Source: Omnitrophica bacterium RIFCSPLOWO2_12_FULL_50_11
GTDB taxonomy: Bacteria; Omnitrophota; Omnitrophia; Omnitrophales; Danuiimicrobiaceae
DNA: 47,374 nt
Assembly: GCA_001804315.1 (NCBI GenBank)
Contig: MHFT01000044.1
Coordinates: 15,576-62,949 of the forward strand
Direction: 5' to 3'
A model generated the notes under the pieces. The model saw only the letters and a program-made list of their open reading frames with translations. It had not been told where the DNA came from and made no database searches. Each line of letters starts with the position of its first letter. Within the stretch, counting starts at the first letter, position 1. Below are positions 1-9,050 of the stretch, piece after piece. The position numbers and the translations under genes were made by a program.

Positions 1-31
1 AGTGAGTCGAAGAAAAAAGGGAGCTCACTGA

Positions 32-59
32 TTGACATTTGCTGGCGTAAACGTATACT
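32..59 (+). promoter_or_regulatory. sigma70-type promoter
   Basis: TTGACA (32-37), 16-nt spacer, TATACT (54-59), upstream of the ATG at 116. Confidence 0.6.
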
Positions 60-115
60 TTTGTCGAACGCCTGCTCGGTCAAAGGGAGCAGCAGAGCGA
101 AACGATTTTTCGAGG

Positions 116-757
116 ATGGAAGACCTTCTGAGGTTTGTTGAGGATCAAAAAATTATTGCGGTCATTCGTGTGAGTGACCACAGCGATGCCGAGTGCATTG
201 CGAAAGCAGTGATCGACGGCGGCATCCGGGTGATTGAGATCACGCCTCATGTTTCGCAGTCCACAAAATTAGTCGAAACACTTGCCAAGCAAAGTGACGT
301 CGTGGTCGGTTTAGGTTCCGCAACAGATGGAGAACAAGCTTACCGAGCGATCCAAGTAGGAGCCCGATTCGTAAGCAGTTTGTATCTAGATAACAGCATC
401 TTGACCGTGTGCAAGAACAACAATGCCATGGTCATGCAAGGCGCCTCCACAGTGACAGAAGCGATCGAAGCCTATCATTTTGGGGTGGACCTTGTCCGTC
501 TGTTTCCAGCCGATTTCTTGGGAGGCGCACCCTATGTGAAATGCTTGAGACGTTCATTTCCTTTTCTGAAGGTGGTGCCTACGAGCGGTGTCACGCTTGA
601 CAATTTTCTCGATTACATCAGGGCCGGCGCAACTGCGTGTGCGGTGGGCCGCGGGTTTTACGATGCAAGTATGGTTCGCGGTCACCTTTGGTCTGAAATT
701 ACGGATCGGGCAAAGCAGTTTGCGGAAAGGCTTGAGTCGCTGAAAGTCACTCGCTGA
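116..757 (+). CDS. KDPG/KHG aldolase family protein (Schiff-base Lys replaced by Arg)
   Basis: IIAVIR, GGIRVIEIT, GARFVSS, RLFPA and VPTSGV motifs align with the Eda family. ATG 116 chosen because the TTG at 32 is the -35 box. Confidence 0.8.
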   Translation: MEDLLRFVEDQKIIAVIRVSDHSDAECIAKAVIDGGIRVIEITPHVSQSTKLVETLAKQSDVVVGLGSATDGEQAYRAIQVGARFVSSLYLDNSILTVCKNNNAMVMQGASTVTEAIEAYHFGVDLVRLFPADFLGGAPYVKCLRRSFPFLKVVPTSGVTLDNFLDYIRAGATACAVGRGFYDASMVRGHLWSEITDRAKQFAERLESLKVTR

Positions 758-854
758 ATGAAAAAGGAATCGTGCTTTTTCAATCCAACTTGGGTCTTGT
801 GACTCTTTCTAACATCTCAAAAGTCCAGCGCTGACCCTCTTCCTTTTCCCAGTT

Positions 855-1028
855 TTATGGTTTCAAGACAAACGGAACATGTACGGCAGAGTTTTTTTTC
901 CAGTTTTCGTGCGCTTCTTTGTTCAAAATATGTTTGCGATAAAACTCCGAAAACTCCACATATTGCTCCATAGAAAGCACTGGCGGAGGAAGTGACTCCT
1001 TGATCGTCGGTAGATTTAGCGTTTCCAA
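855..1028 (-). CDS. small hypothetical protein (57 aa) coupled to the nucleotidyltransferase
   Basis: TTG start overlapping the 3' end of the upstream ORF, preceded by GGAGG; protein (M)ETLNLPTIKESLPPPVLSMEQYVEF...VPFVLKP. Confidence 0.6.
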   Translation of the reverse strand: METLNLPTIKESLPPPVLSMEQYVEFSEFYRKHILNKEAHENWKKNSAVHVPFVLKP

Positions 1029-1567
1029 TTCTTTAATGCCTCCAAAATTTTCTTGTAGATTGCTGCTGAACCATATTTGAGGCAAAGGTCTCGAAATTTT
1101 TTCGACCGAAAAGCAATGCGATTTCTTTTAATCAACTCAAGGATATCATAGAGGTCCCGATATTCTCGCTCGTTCGGATTATTTTTAATCGAATGTAGCT
1201 TTAGAGCAAAAAGATGATCCAATGAGGGTATCTTAAACCGATGGCCGCTAATTTTAGCATCCCCTGCATCTTCTATGATCCCTTCAAACGTATTCGGGTC
1301 GACAAAAATAAGGTCTATTTCCATCAACCTTGCCTTTGGTTCGCGAAAGCGGGCGAAGAGAGGATTCTTCCTTTCTTCTCTGTAGCCCGCTCCTTCTAAG
1401 GCAGCACGTGCTGTGTCATAATTTTTCTCGAGGATTAAGACATCAAGATCTGCGGTACCCCGGGTTGCCTTGTAGTAATTAACGGCAAAACCGCCGACGA
1501 GGACGAAAGGGATTTTTGCTTTTCCAAACGCCTCGGCAAGTAGCTCCAGAACATTGGGATATTTCAT
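1016..1567 (-). CDS. nucleotidyltransferase-fold protein
   Basis: LVGGFAVNYY..RGTADLD (GG...DxD) motif, later IDLI and LKLHS..R..RDLYD. Confidence 0.8.
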   Translation of the reverse strand: MKYPNVLELLAEAFGKAKIPFVLVGGFAVNYYKATRGTADLDVLILEKNYDTARAALEGAGYREERKNPLFARFREPKARLMEIDLIFVDPNTFEGIIEDAGDAKISGHRFKIPSLDHLFALKLHSIKNNPNEREYRDLYDILELIKRNRIAFRSKKFRDLCLKYGSAAIYKKILEALKNWKR

Positions 1568-1742
1568 GGGCAATCATTCAGCGTCGACAATCTTTATGTT
1601 ACTTGATTCTTGATTCAGCCGTCTATGAAAATTTGTTACACCGCATTTGGAAGTGAACTGCGTTGTCCCGAGCTTTTTGAGATTTGCATAGCACCGGTGC
1701 ATCGGGTACGCTTTAGTTACCAACCAAGGTGGCCCGGTGGAC

Positions 1743-2522
1743 ATGATTTCGTTTGGTTCCGAGGTATGTCGGAACTTTACGGAAGCGATCAAAAGAGAGT
1801 GGTACCAAACCAACGAGCTCGGCGGATTCGCCGCTTCGACGATCTTGTCACTGAACACGCGCCGTGATCACGGCCTTTTGGTGGCGTCTCTGAGACCACC
1901 GCTTGGCCGTTATGTGCTTTTGAGCGGTCTTGACGAGACCCTCTACATCGATGACGCTGCTTACCCCTTATCGACGCGGATACAAGCGAATACCATTTAT
2001 CCAAATGGATTTCTTTACTTGGATCAGTGCTCGTTGGAACCGTTTCCGAGCTGGATTTATTCGGTCGAAGATCTTTTGTTGGGGAAAAGCGTTGTGCTCC
2101 TACGCGGCGAGCAGACGGTTTTGATCCGCTATCAGATTTTATCAGGTGATGAGGACCTCGTTCGTTTGGAGCTCAGGCCGTTGACCGCTTTTCGCCACGT
2201 TGACGATTTAGCTCGTCGTAACCAGAGTCTCAATACGAAAATGGTGGTGACCAGTGACCGGATCACTTTTGCTGGCATGTACTTTTATCATAATGCCGCC
2301 ATCGTCGAAGAGTCCGGTAACTGGTACCAGCACATTCAATATCCAGAGGATAAGAAGGTTGGTCGTGAGTTCGAAGAAGATCTCTTTGCTCCATTTCGAC
2401 TGATCTACGCCTTTGGCAATCGACGTGAGAATTTTTTGGTTGGTTCCATGATCGGCCGCGAACGGATGGATTTCAAAAGCCTACTTGCGCGAGAGGTAGA
2501 GCGCCGAGCGCGGTCAAGGTAA
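1743..2522 (+). CDS. glycogen debranching enzyme N-terminal domain protein (no catalytic C-domain)
   Basis: REWYQTNELGGFAASTI..NTRRDHGLLVA..PPLGR matches the N-domain of amylo-alpha-1,6-glucosidase-type debranching enzymes; stops after about 260 aa. Confidence 0.8.
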   Translation: MISFGSEVCRNFTEAIKREWYQTNELGGFAASTILSLNTRRDHGLLVASLRPPLGRYVLLSGLDETLYIDDAAYPLSTRIQANTIYPNGFLYLDQCSLEPFPSWIYSVEDLLLGKSVVLLRGEQTVLIRYQILSGDEDLVRLELRPLTAFRHVDDLARRNQSLNTKMVVTSDRITFAGMYFYHNAAIVEESGNWYQHIQYPEDKKVGREFEEDLFAPFRLIYAFGNRRENFLVGSMIGRERMDFKSLLAREVERRARSR

Positions 2523-2597
2523 TCGCCTTAACCGTAAGGCAAATCACGATTTGCGAAAAGAGGATTGAGAACAAGACAGCGTCTTTTTTTACTGCAT

Positions 2598-2626
2598 TTG
2601 ACACACGACATTTCTGATGGTAGAAT
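2598..2626 (+). promoter_or_regulatory. sigma70-type promoter
   Basis: TTGACA (2598-2603), 17-nt spacer, TAGAAT (2621-2626) preceded by an extended -10 TG. Confidence 0.7.
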
Positions 2627-2723
2627 TAACCCTTTTAAACACAAGTACTTACGGTGTTTTCTGCTCGGGTTTCTTCTGAAACGCGGTTTCAAAGAAATAC
2701 AAGACTGGGTTGTAGGGCGTGGG

Positions 2724-3527
2724 ATGAAGCGGAATCGATCGTTTCTTTTTTTGTTCCTTGTCGGTTTCATTTTTGTGTTTGGACAAATGAGCTACACAGC
2801 CTTTTTTGGCGAAGTCAAAACGGGTCTCCAAAACGTCGCAAGTGATCAATATGGATATTCCTTCTATGTCCCACCAGATTACACACCGGATCGAGGTTGG
2901 CCGCTTGTTGTTGTGTTACACGATGAAGGAGACTTAGGGGAGGAATATATCCAAGGGTGGCTTGGTGCAGCGAAGGAACGCGGATTTTTAATATTTTGCC
3001 CGAATTATCCGGTGCCGCGAGATTTCCCTTACGACAGCGAAGCATGGTTGCTCAAGCACAAACGCACGTTCCAAAGCCAATATCACATTGATCCCAACCG
3101 AATTTTAGTGACCGGTTCCGGTTTTGGCGGTCATTACGCGTTGTACTTGGGTCTCCGATATCCTGAGGAATTCGCGGCCGTTGCTTCTGTGGGTAATGCA
3201 ATGAGCGGGAGATTTCAGAGGTTGTTTGCATTCTCGTTTGCTAAAGTGAATCGCTTACCGGTTCTTATCTTGAAGGGGTCGGAGGATAACGCGGACGATT
3301 CGGAGAAAGCGACAGCGGAACTCAAGACGATGCGATCGCGCGGGTATGTAGTGGAAACGGTCGAAGCCAAAACCCGAGAGGAGTTATCTGTTGCAAACGC
3401 GAGCCCTCATATTTTTGAATGGTTTGAGCAAGTGAGTTTGGAGCGGGAAAGTGGCGCACGAAGTCGTTCTTGGAGTCCACGACAGAAGTTTTTCGAGTGG
3501 GCAGATAATTTATTGCGGAATCGTTGA
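2724..3527 (+). CDS. membrane-anchored/exported alpha/beta-hydrolase-fold (esterase-like) protein, degenerate active site
   Basis: N-terminal hydrophobic segment; YVPPDY..WPLVVVLH; IDPNRILVTGSGFGG; YPEEFAAVA. Confidence 0.75.
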   Translation: MKRNRSFLFLFLVGFIFVFGQMSYTAFFGEVKTGLQNVASDQYGYSFYVPPDYTPDRGWPLVVVLHDEGDLGEEYIQGWLGAAKERGFLIFCPNYPVPRDFPYDSEAWLLKHKRTFQSQYHIDPNRILVTGSGFGGHYALYLGLRYPEEFAAVASVGNAMSGRFQRLFAFSFAKVNRLPVLILKGSEDNADDSEKATAELKTMRSRGYVVETVEAKTREELSVANASPHIFEWFEQVSLERESGARSRSWSPRQKFFEWADNLLRNR

Positions 3528-3544
3528 CAAGAGAGGTAAACATT

Positions 3545-5227
3545 GTGGCGGAGCTGACAGGGGCTAAGATCATGATCGAGTGTTTGAAACGTGAAGGAGT
3601 CGAATATCTCTTTGGGCTTCCGGGGGGCGCAATTTTGCCGACTTTCGATGCTCTTTATGATTCAGACTTGAAGTTTATTTTGGTGCGGCACGAGCAAGGC
3701 GCTGCACATATGGCGGATGGATACGCACGTGCGACGGGAAAGCCAGGTGTGTGCCTGGTGACTTCGGGGCCTGGAGCGACGAACACAGTGACTGGCCTTT
3801 GCACAGCATATATGGATTCGGTCCCGTTGGTTTGCATTACCGGCCAGGTTGCGACGCATGTGATTGGCAGCGACGCCTTTCAAGAAGCAGACATTATTGG
3901 GGTAACGCGTCCAGTGACGAAGCACAATTATTTGGTGAGGGACGTAAACGATCTAGCGCGGGTTGTGCGTGAGGCTTTTTACATTGCTACAACGGGCCGA
4001 CCAGGACCCGTTTTAATCGATTTCCCGGTCGATGTCAGCCGCGCGAAAATCGAGTTCGTTTATCCAAAAGAAGTTAACATCCGTGGTTATCGGCCGAAGA
4101 CCGAGGGCCATCCGAAGCAAATTCAAAAGGCTGCGGAACTGATCATGGAAAGCACACGGCCGTGCCTCTATGTGGGTGGGGGAACGGTCGGTTCTGGAGC
4201 ACAAAAAGAGCTGTTTGAACTGGTGGAAAAAACTGGAATTCCGGTGACGACAACGGTTTTAGGACTGGGTATTTTTCCGGAAAATCATCCATCCTCGCTT
4301 CGTATGCTTGGAATGCATGGAACGCATTACGCGAATTATTCGGTACAAAATTCAGATCTTTTGATTGCGGTGGGGGCACGGTTTGACGATCGCGTTACGG
4401 GAAATATCGCAAAATTTGCGCCGCATGCGAAGATCATTCACATTGACATCGACCCGGCCTCGATTTCCAAAACGGTTAAAGTAGATGTTCCCATCGTTGG
4501 AGACATTAAGCCCATCTTGAGGGAAGTGAATAAATTGGTGAAGGACAAGCGGTCACAGATGAAGGAATGGCTCACGCAGATTGAAGGCTGGAAAAAGAAG
4601 CATCCGCTCAAGTATGACAATTCGGGCACTGAGATTAAGCAGCAATATGTGATCCAAAAGATTGGAGAAATGACCGATCACAAAGCGGTGGTCACCACGG
4701 GGGTTGGTCAGCATCAAATGTGGACCGCACAGTGGTATCAGTTTACGGCCCCTCGGAGCATGATTACGTCAGGCGGTTTGGGAACCATGGGGTATGGCTT
4801 TCCCGCAGCGATTGGGGCGCAATTAGGTCGGCCTAAGGAACAAGTGATTTGCATTGATGGAGACGGTTCATTTCAGATGACGATGACCGAACTTTCCACA
4901 GCGTCTTATTACAAAGTCCCAGTGAAAGTGATCATCATGGACAATGCTCATCACGGGATGGTGCGCCAGTGGCAGGAGCTCTTTTACAATCGTCGATACT
5001 CAGGATCGCAGTTGGGACCTTCGAATCCAGATTTTGTGAAAATTGCGGAAGGTTGTGGTGCATTTGGAATTAAGGTATCGAGAAAAGAAGAAGTGGTGGG
5101 TGCGCTTGAGAAAGCGTTCGCGTACAATGGACCTGCCGTCGTTCATTGCGTGGTCGCTCCTGCTGATAATGTATATCCCATGGTGCCAGCAGGCCACGCA
5201 CTTGATCAAGTGCTGGACATGGCGTAA
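3545..5227 (+). CDS. ilvB: acetolactate synthase large subunit (biosynthetic)
   Basis: FGLPGGA, RHEQGAAHMADGYAR, TSGPGATN, GQHQMW, GDGSFQM; GTG start after GAGGT. Confidence 0.97.
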   Translation: MAELTGAKIMIECLKREGVEYLFGLPGGAILPTFDALYDSDLKFILVRHEQGAAHMADGYARATGKPGVCLVTSGPGATNTVTGLCTAYMDSVPLVCITGQVATHVIGSDAFQEADIIGVTRPVTKHNYLVRDVNDLARVVREAFYIATTGRPGPVLIDFPVDVSRAKIEFVYPKEVNIRGYRPKTEGHPKQIQKAAELIMESTRPCLYVGGGTVGSGAQKELFELVEKTGIPVTTTVLGLGIFPENHPSSLRMLGMHGTHYANYSVQNSDLLIAVGARFDDRVTGNIAKFAPHAKIIHIDIDPASISKTVKVDVPIVGDIKPILREVNKLVKDKRSQMKEWLTQIEGWKKKHPLKYDNSGTEIKQQYVIQKIGEMTDHKAVVTTGVGQHQMWTAQWYQFTAPRSMITSGGLGTMGYGFPAAIGAQLGRPKEQVICIDGDGSFQMTMTELSTASYYKVPVKVIIMDNAHHGMVRQWQELFYNRRYSGSQLGPSNPDFVKIAEGCGAFGIKVSRKEEVVGALEKAFAYNGPAVVHCVVAPADNVYPMVPAGHALDQVLDMA

Positions 5228-5237
5228 GTGGGAGAGA

Positions 5238-5293
5238 ACAGAGGTCAGAAGTCAGAGGTCAGAAGTCAGAAGTCAGAGGACAGAAGACGGAGG
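5238..5293 (+). repeat. heptamer tandem array (consensus WCAGARG, 8 units)
   Basis: acagagg tcagaag tcagagg tcagaag tcagaag tcagagg acagaag acggagg. Confidence 0.95.
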
Positions 5294-5306
5294 GAAAAGA
5301 AGAGAA

Positions 5307-5687
5307 ATGAGCGGGACAATTAAAACGGTAAACGACCTCAGGGTTTACGAGAAGGCGTACCCGCTTGCAATGGAGATTTTTGAAATCACAAAGGATTTCC
5401 CGAAAGACGAGACGTATTCCTTGACAGACCAAATCAGGAGGTCGTCAAGATCGGTTGCGATCAATATTCGAGAAGGGTTTGCCAAGAGAAAGTATGAGCA
5501 CGTTCTAACTCGACACTTAAATGATGCGTTAGGATCAGCCGATGAGACAAGGGGGTGGTTATCCTTTGCATTGGATTGCAAGTACATTTCAAGGAAGAAG
5601 TGGGAAGATCTTGATCAGCGGTATGACGAAGTGGGTGCGATGTTGTATTCATTGATGAGTACTTGGCGCAATTTCGCCGATGACTGA
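5307..5687 (+). CDS. four helix bundle protein (23S rRNA-IVS protein / Avd-like family)
   Basis: DLRVYEKA, FPKDETYSLTDQIRRSSRSVAINIREGF, ALGSADET..WL..A..CKYI. Confidence 0.92.
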   Translation: MSGTIKTVNDLRVYEKAYPLAMEIFEITKDFPKDETYSLTDQIRRSSRSVAINIREGFAKRKYEHVLTRHLNDALGSADETRGWLSFALDCKYISRKKWEDLDQRYDEVGAMLYSLMSTWRNFADD

Positions 5688-5873
5688 CATCAGAAGTCAG
5701 ACGTCAGAAGTTAGAAGACAGACGTCAGAAGACAGAAGTCAGACGTCAGAAAATAGATGTTAGAATTTAGAAAATAGAAGTGAGAAAAAAACGAGAAGGC
5801 CTCTGTCTTCTGACTTCTGTCTTCTGACGTCTGTCTTCTAACTTCTGACGTCTGACTTCTGATGTCAGTCATC
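5679..5873. repeat. perfect 65-bp inverted repeat built from heptamer arrays (direct array 5690-5787, inverted array 5800-5862)
   Basis: 5679-5743 is the exact reverse complement of 5809-5873, with a 65-nt spacer. Confidence 0.95.
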
Positions 5874-5891
5874 TGATCATAAGGAGACACG

Positions 5892-6401
5892 ATGAAACAT
5901 ACGATTTCGGTTCTGGTCGAAAATCAGGCTGGCGTGCTCGCACGAATCGCAGGTCTTTTTTCTGCGCGCGGTTTCAATATTGACAGTCTCGCGGTTGGCG
6001 AGACGGAAGATCCGACCGTTTCGCGGATGACGATCGTCACGCACGGCGACGATCGTGTGGTCGAGCAAATTATGAAGCAACTTAACAAGCTGATCGATGT
6101 GATCAAAGTTCAGGATTTGAATGAGGTCGACATGATTGAGCGTGAACTTGTGCTCATCAAAGTCGCAGCCACGGCGAGCACGCGTTCGGAATTGATGCAG
6201 ATTGTGAATACCTTTCGTGCGAAGGTGGTCGATGTGAATCCAAAATCGCTGACGGTTGAAGTGACGGGAAATCAAAGCAAAATCGATGCACTGCTCGAAC
6301 TCGTTCGGCCGTTTGGCATTAAAAGCGTGGCGCGAACGGGTGTGATCGCGCTCACACGCGGGGTAGAGGAGAAAAAACCAGCTGAGAAAGCGAGTGGGTA
6401 A
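5892..6401 (+). CDS. ilvN: acetolactate synthase small subunit
   Basis: HTISVLVENQAGVLARIAGLFSARGFNIDSL ACT domain; AAGGAG RBS. Confidence 0.97.
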   Translation: MKHTISVLVENQAGVLARIAGLFSARGFNIDSLAVGETEDPTVSRMTIVTHGDDRVVEQIMKQLNKLIDVIKVQDLNEVDMIERELVLIKVAATASTRSELMQIVNTFRAKVVDVNPKSLTVEVTGNQSKIDALLELVRPFGIKSVARTGVIALTRGVEEKKPAEKASG

Positions 6402-6442
6402 AGAGATCTCGTAACCGTTAGAAACGGGAAAGGACGAACAAC

Positions 6443-7480
6443 ATGGCAAAAATTTATTACGATCAAGACGCAGATTTGAACGTGTTGAAAGGGAAAAAAG
6501 TTGCGGTCATTGGCTACGGCATTCAGGGCCGAGGGCAAGGTCTTAATTTACGCGATTCTGGGGTCGAAGTGATCGTCAGCCAACGCCGCGGTGGAAAGAA
6601 TTATGAGCTTGCGGTTCAAGATGGGTTTCAGCCGGTCGGTGCCGAAGAAGCAGCCGAGCAAGCGGACATTATCCAAATCCTGACGCAAGACCACTTACAA
6701 GCGGAGATTTATCAGAAATCAGTTGCGCCGCTTTTAAACCCTGGGAAAGCGCTCCTTTTTTCACACGGCTTCAACATTCATTTTGGGTACATTAAACCGC
6801 CCAAAGAGATCGATGTTTTCATGGTAGCGCCGAAGGGCCCTGGCGCTTTGGTGAGGAGTCAGTTCTTGGAAGGTGGCGGTGTTCCGTGTTTGGTTGCGGT
6901 TCATCAAAACCCAACGGGCAATGCATTGAAACTTGCGCTTGCACACGCGAAAGCAATCGGGGGAACTCGTGCGGGTGTCATTGAAACCACATTTAAAGAA
7001 GAGACCGAGACCGATCTTTTTGGGGAACAGGTCGTCCTTTGCGGGGGCCTCAGCGAATTGATTCGTGCGGGATTTGATACGTTGGTAAAGGCCGGATATC
7101 AGCCGGAGCTTGCTTATTTTGAATGTTTGCATGAGGTAAAGCTGATTACGGATGCCATCTTTGCTTCTGGAATCAGCGGAATGCATCGACGTGTCTCTGA
7201 TACGGCCGAGTATGGTGATTACAGCCGGGGCAAACGGATCATTACGAAAGAAACAAGAAAAGAGATGCAGAACATTTTGAGCAAGATTCAGTCTGGGGAA
7301 TTTGCGAAAGAGTGGATTGAAGAGAACAAAAAAGGACGCCCCAATTACAACCGAATGCGTGCCGAGTGCGATGGGCACATGATCGAGCAAGTGGGCGAAA
7401 AGCTTCGACGGATGATGCCGTGGATCGGTGGGTCACTTGAGAAAAAGGCTCATGCGGTTCAGCGTTCGATCGTGTCCTGA
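6443..7480 (+). CDS. ilvC: ketol-acid reductoisomerase
   Basis: [35 protein letters not shown]. Confidence 0.97.
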   Translation: MAKIYYDQDADLNVLKGKKVAVIGYGIQGRGQGLNLRDSGVEVIVSQRRGGKNYELAVQDGFQPVGAEEAAEQADIIQILTQDHLQAEIYQKSVAPLLNPGKALLFSHGFNIHFGYIKPPKEIDVFMVAPKGPGALVRSQFLEGGGVPCLVAVHQNPTGNALKLALAHAKAIGGTRAGVIETTFKEETETDLFGEQVVLCGGLSELIRAGFDTLVKAGYQPELAYFECLHEVKLITDAIFASGISGMHRRVSDTAEYGDYSRGKRIITKETRKEMQNILSKIQSGEFAKEWIEENKKGRPNYNRMRAECDGHMIEQVGEKLRRMMPWIGGSLEKKAHAVQRSIVS

Positions 7481-7496
7481 AGGAGAATGAGAATCG

Positions 7497-9047
7497 GTGA
7501 CTACGTCGAAAAGTAGAAAAAAAGTTTACATCTTTGATACGACGCTTCGCGATGGCGAACAGTGTCCGGGCGCGACCCTTACGCCCGAAGAAAAGCTTGA
7601 AATCGCAAAGCAGTTAGAACGTTTGAATGTGGACATCATCGAAGCCGGTTTTCCCGTGGCATCGCCGGGAGAAGTGGAGGCGATCCAGATGATTTCTAAG
7701 GAAGTCAAGCGCCCTGTCATTTGTGGACTTTCACGGATGGCGCAAAGGGACATAGACATCGCACGTGAAGCGCTTAAGTTTGCGTCGAAAAAGAGACTCC
7801 ATGTGTTCTTAGCAACGTCCAAGATCCACAGGGAGTACAAGTTAAAAAAGGGGAAACGTGAGATCTTGAAACTTTCGGTGCAAAACATTAAATATGGGAA
7901 AAAATTTTTTGACGATATCGAGTTTTCACCGGAAGACTCAGCACGCACGGAACGCAATTTCTTGACGGATGTCGTGAGAGCTGGAATTGATGCGGGTGCG
8001 ACGACGGTGAATATTCCAGATACGGTCGGCTACACGATGCCGGATGAGTTTGGTCAATTGATCGCCTTTCTCGTCAAAAAGAATCCCGAGCTTGGGAAAA
8101 CGGTGAATCTTTCCGTGCACTGTCATAATGACTTAGGCTTGGCGGTTGCGAATTCACTAGCTGCGATCAAACATGGAGCTAATCAAGTAGAATGTACCGT
8201 AAACGGAATTGGGGAGCGTGCTGGCAATGCTTCCCTTGAAGAAATTGTGATGGCAATTGACACGCGCCGGGACCTCATGGGTGTGTACACGGATATTCGG
8301 TTGAAGGAAATTACAAAATCGTCACGCTTGGTTTCTCATTTAACCGGCCTTGTTGTTCAACCGAACAAAGCCATTGTTGGACGTAATGCGTTTGCACATG
8401 AATCGGGTATCCATCAGGATGGGATTCTAAAGAAACGGCAGACCTACGAAATTATCGATCCTCAGCGCATCGGATTGGCGGGCAGTGAAATGGTGATGGG
8501 CAAACATTCCGGTCGGCACGCGTTTCGCGAGCGTCTGGCAAAATTGGGCTACGAGTTGAAAGCGGGAGAGCTCGAGCAAGCCTTTGAACGGTTTAAGAAA
8601 CTTTCCGATCAGAAGAAATACGTGTTCGACAAGGATTTGGAAGCGATTGTCGAAGACACGATAAGCAAGGTCCCCGAGATCTGGCGGCTTGAGCATTTGA
8701 AAATCACAAGCGAGACTGGTTTGGCGCCGCGAGCAACTGTGCGTTTGAGCCGGGAAGGGAAAACAGACGAAGCAACCTCGGAAGGCGACGGCCCCGTAGA
8801 TGCTTGTTACAAAGCGATTGAAAAGATTACGGGGCTCAGTCCTAAACTCGTGGGGTACGCGATCCAGTCCGTCACGAGTGGAAAGGATGCCCTTGGAGAG
8901 GTGAATCTTAAGTTGGAAATTGAGGGCAGAGATGTGAGTGGCCGTGGGACGAGTACGGATGTCCTTGAAGCGAGTGTCAAAGCGTATCTTTTCGCGCTCA
9001 ATAAAGTCGGTGCCAAAGTACTCGGCAAGTCCTCTTCTCCAATTTAA
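7497..9047 (+). CDS. leuA: 2-isopropylmalate synthase
   Basis: FDTTLRDGEQCPG, HCHNDLG, GIGERAGNA, HESGIHQDG, GDGPVDA. Confidence 0.95.
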   Translation: MTTSKSRKKVYIFDTTLRDGEQCPGATLTPEEKLEIAKQLERLNVDIIEAGFPVASPGEVEAIQMISKEVKRPVICGLSRMAQRDIDIAREALKFASKKRLHVFLATSKIHREYKLKKGKREILKLSVQNIKYGKKFFDDIEFSPEDSARTERNFLTDVVRAGIDAGATTVNIPDTVGYTMPDEFGQLIAFLVKKNPELGKTVNLSVHCHNDLGLAVANSLAAIKHGANQVECTVNGIGERAGNASLEEIVMAIDTRRDLMGVYTDIRLKEITKSSRLVSHLTGLVVQPNKAIVGRNAFAHESGIHQDGILKKRQTYEIIDPQRIGLAGSEMVMGKHSGRHAFRERLAKLGYELKAGELEQAFERFKKLSDQKKYVFDKDLEAIVEDTISKVPEIWRLEHLKITSETGLAPRATVRLSREGKTDEATSEGDGPVDACYKAIEKITGLSPKLVGYAIQSVTSGKDALGEVNLKLEIEGRDVSGRGTSTDVLEASVKAYLFALNKVGAKVLGKSSSPI

Positions 9048-9050
9048 GAG

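Noticed and set aside
5043-5306. N-terminal extension of the four-helix-bundle ORF (214-aa call)
   Set aside because: It overlaps ilvB and merely translates the heptamer array (RSQRSEV); family homology starts at ATG 5307.
5238-5873. CRISPR array or complete diversity-generating retroelement
   Set aside because: The repeats are contiguous 7-mers with no unique spacers. No cas gene, reverse transcriptase or template/variable repeat pair was seen in the window.
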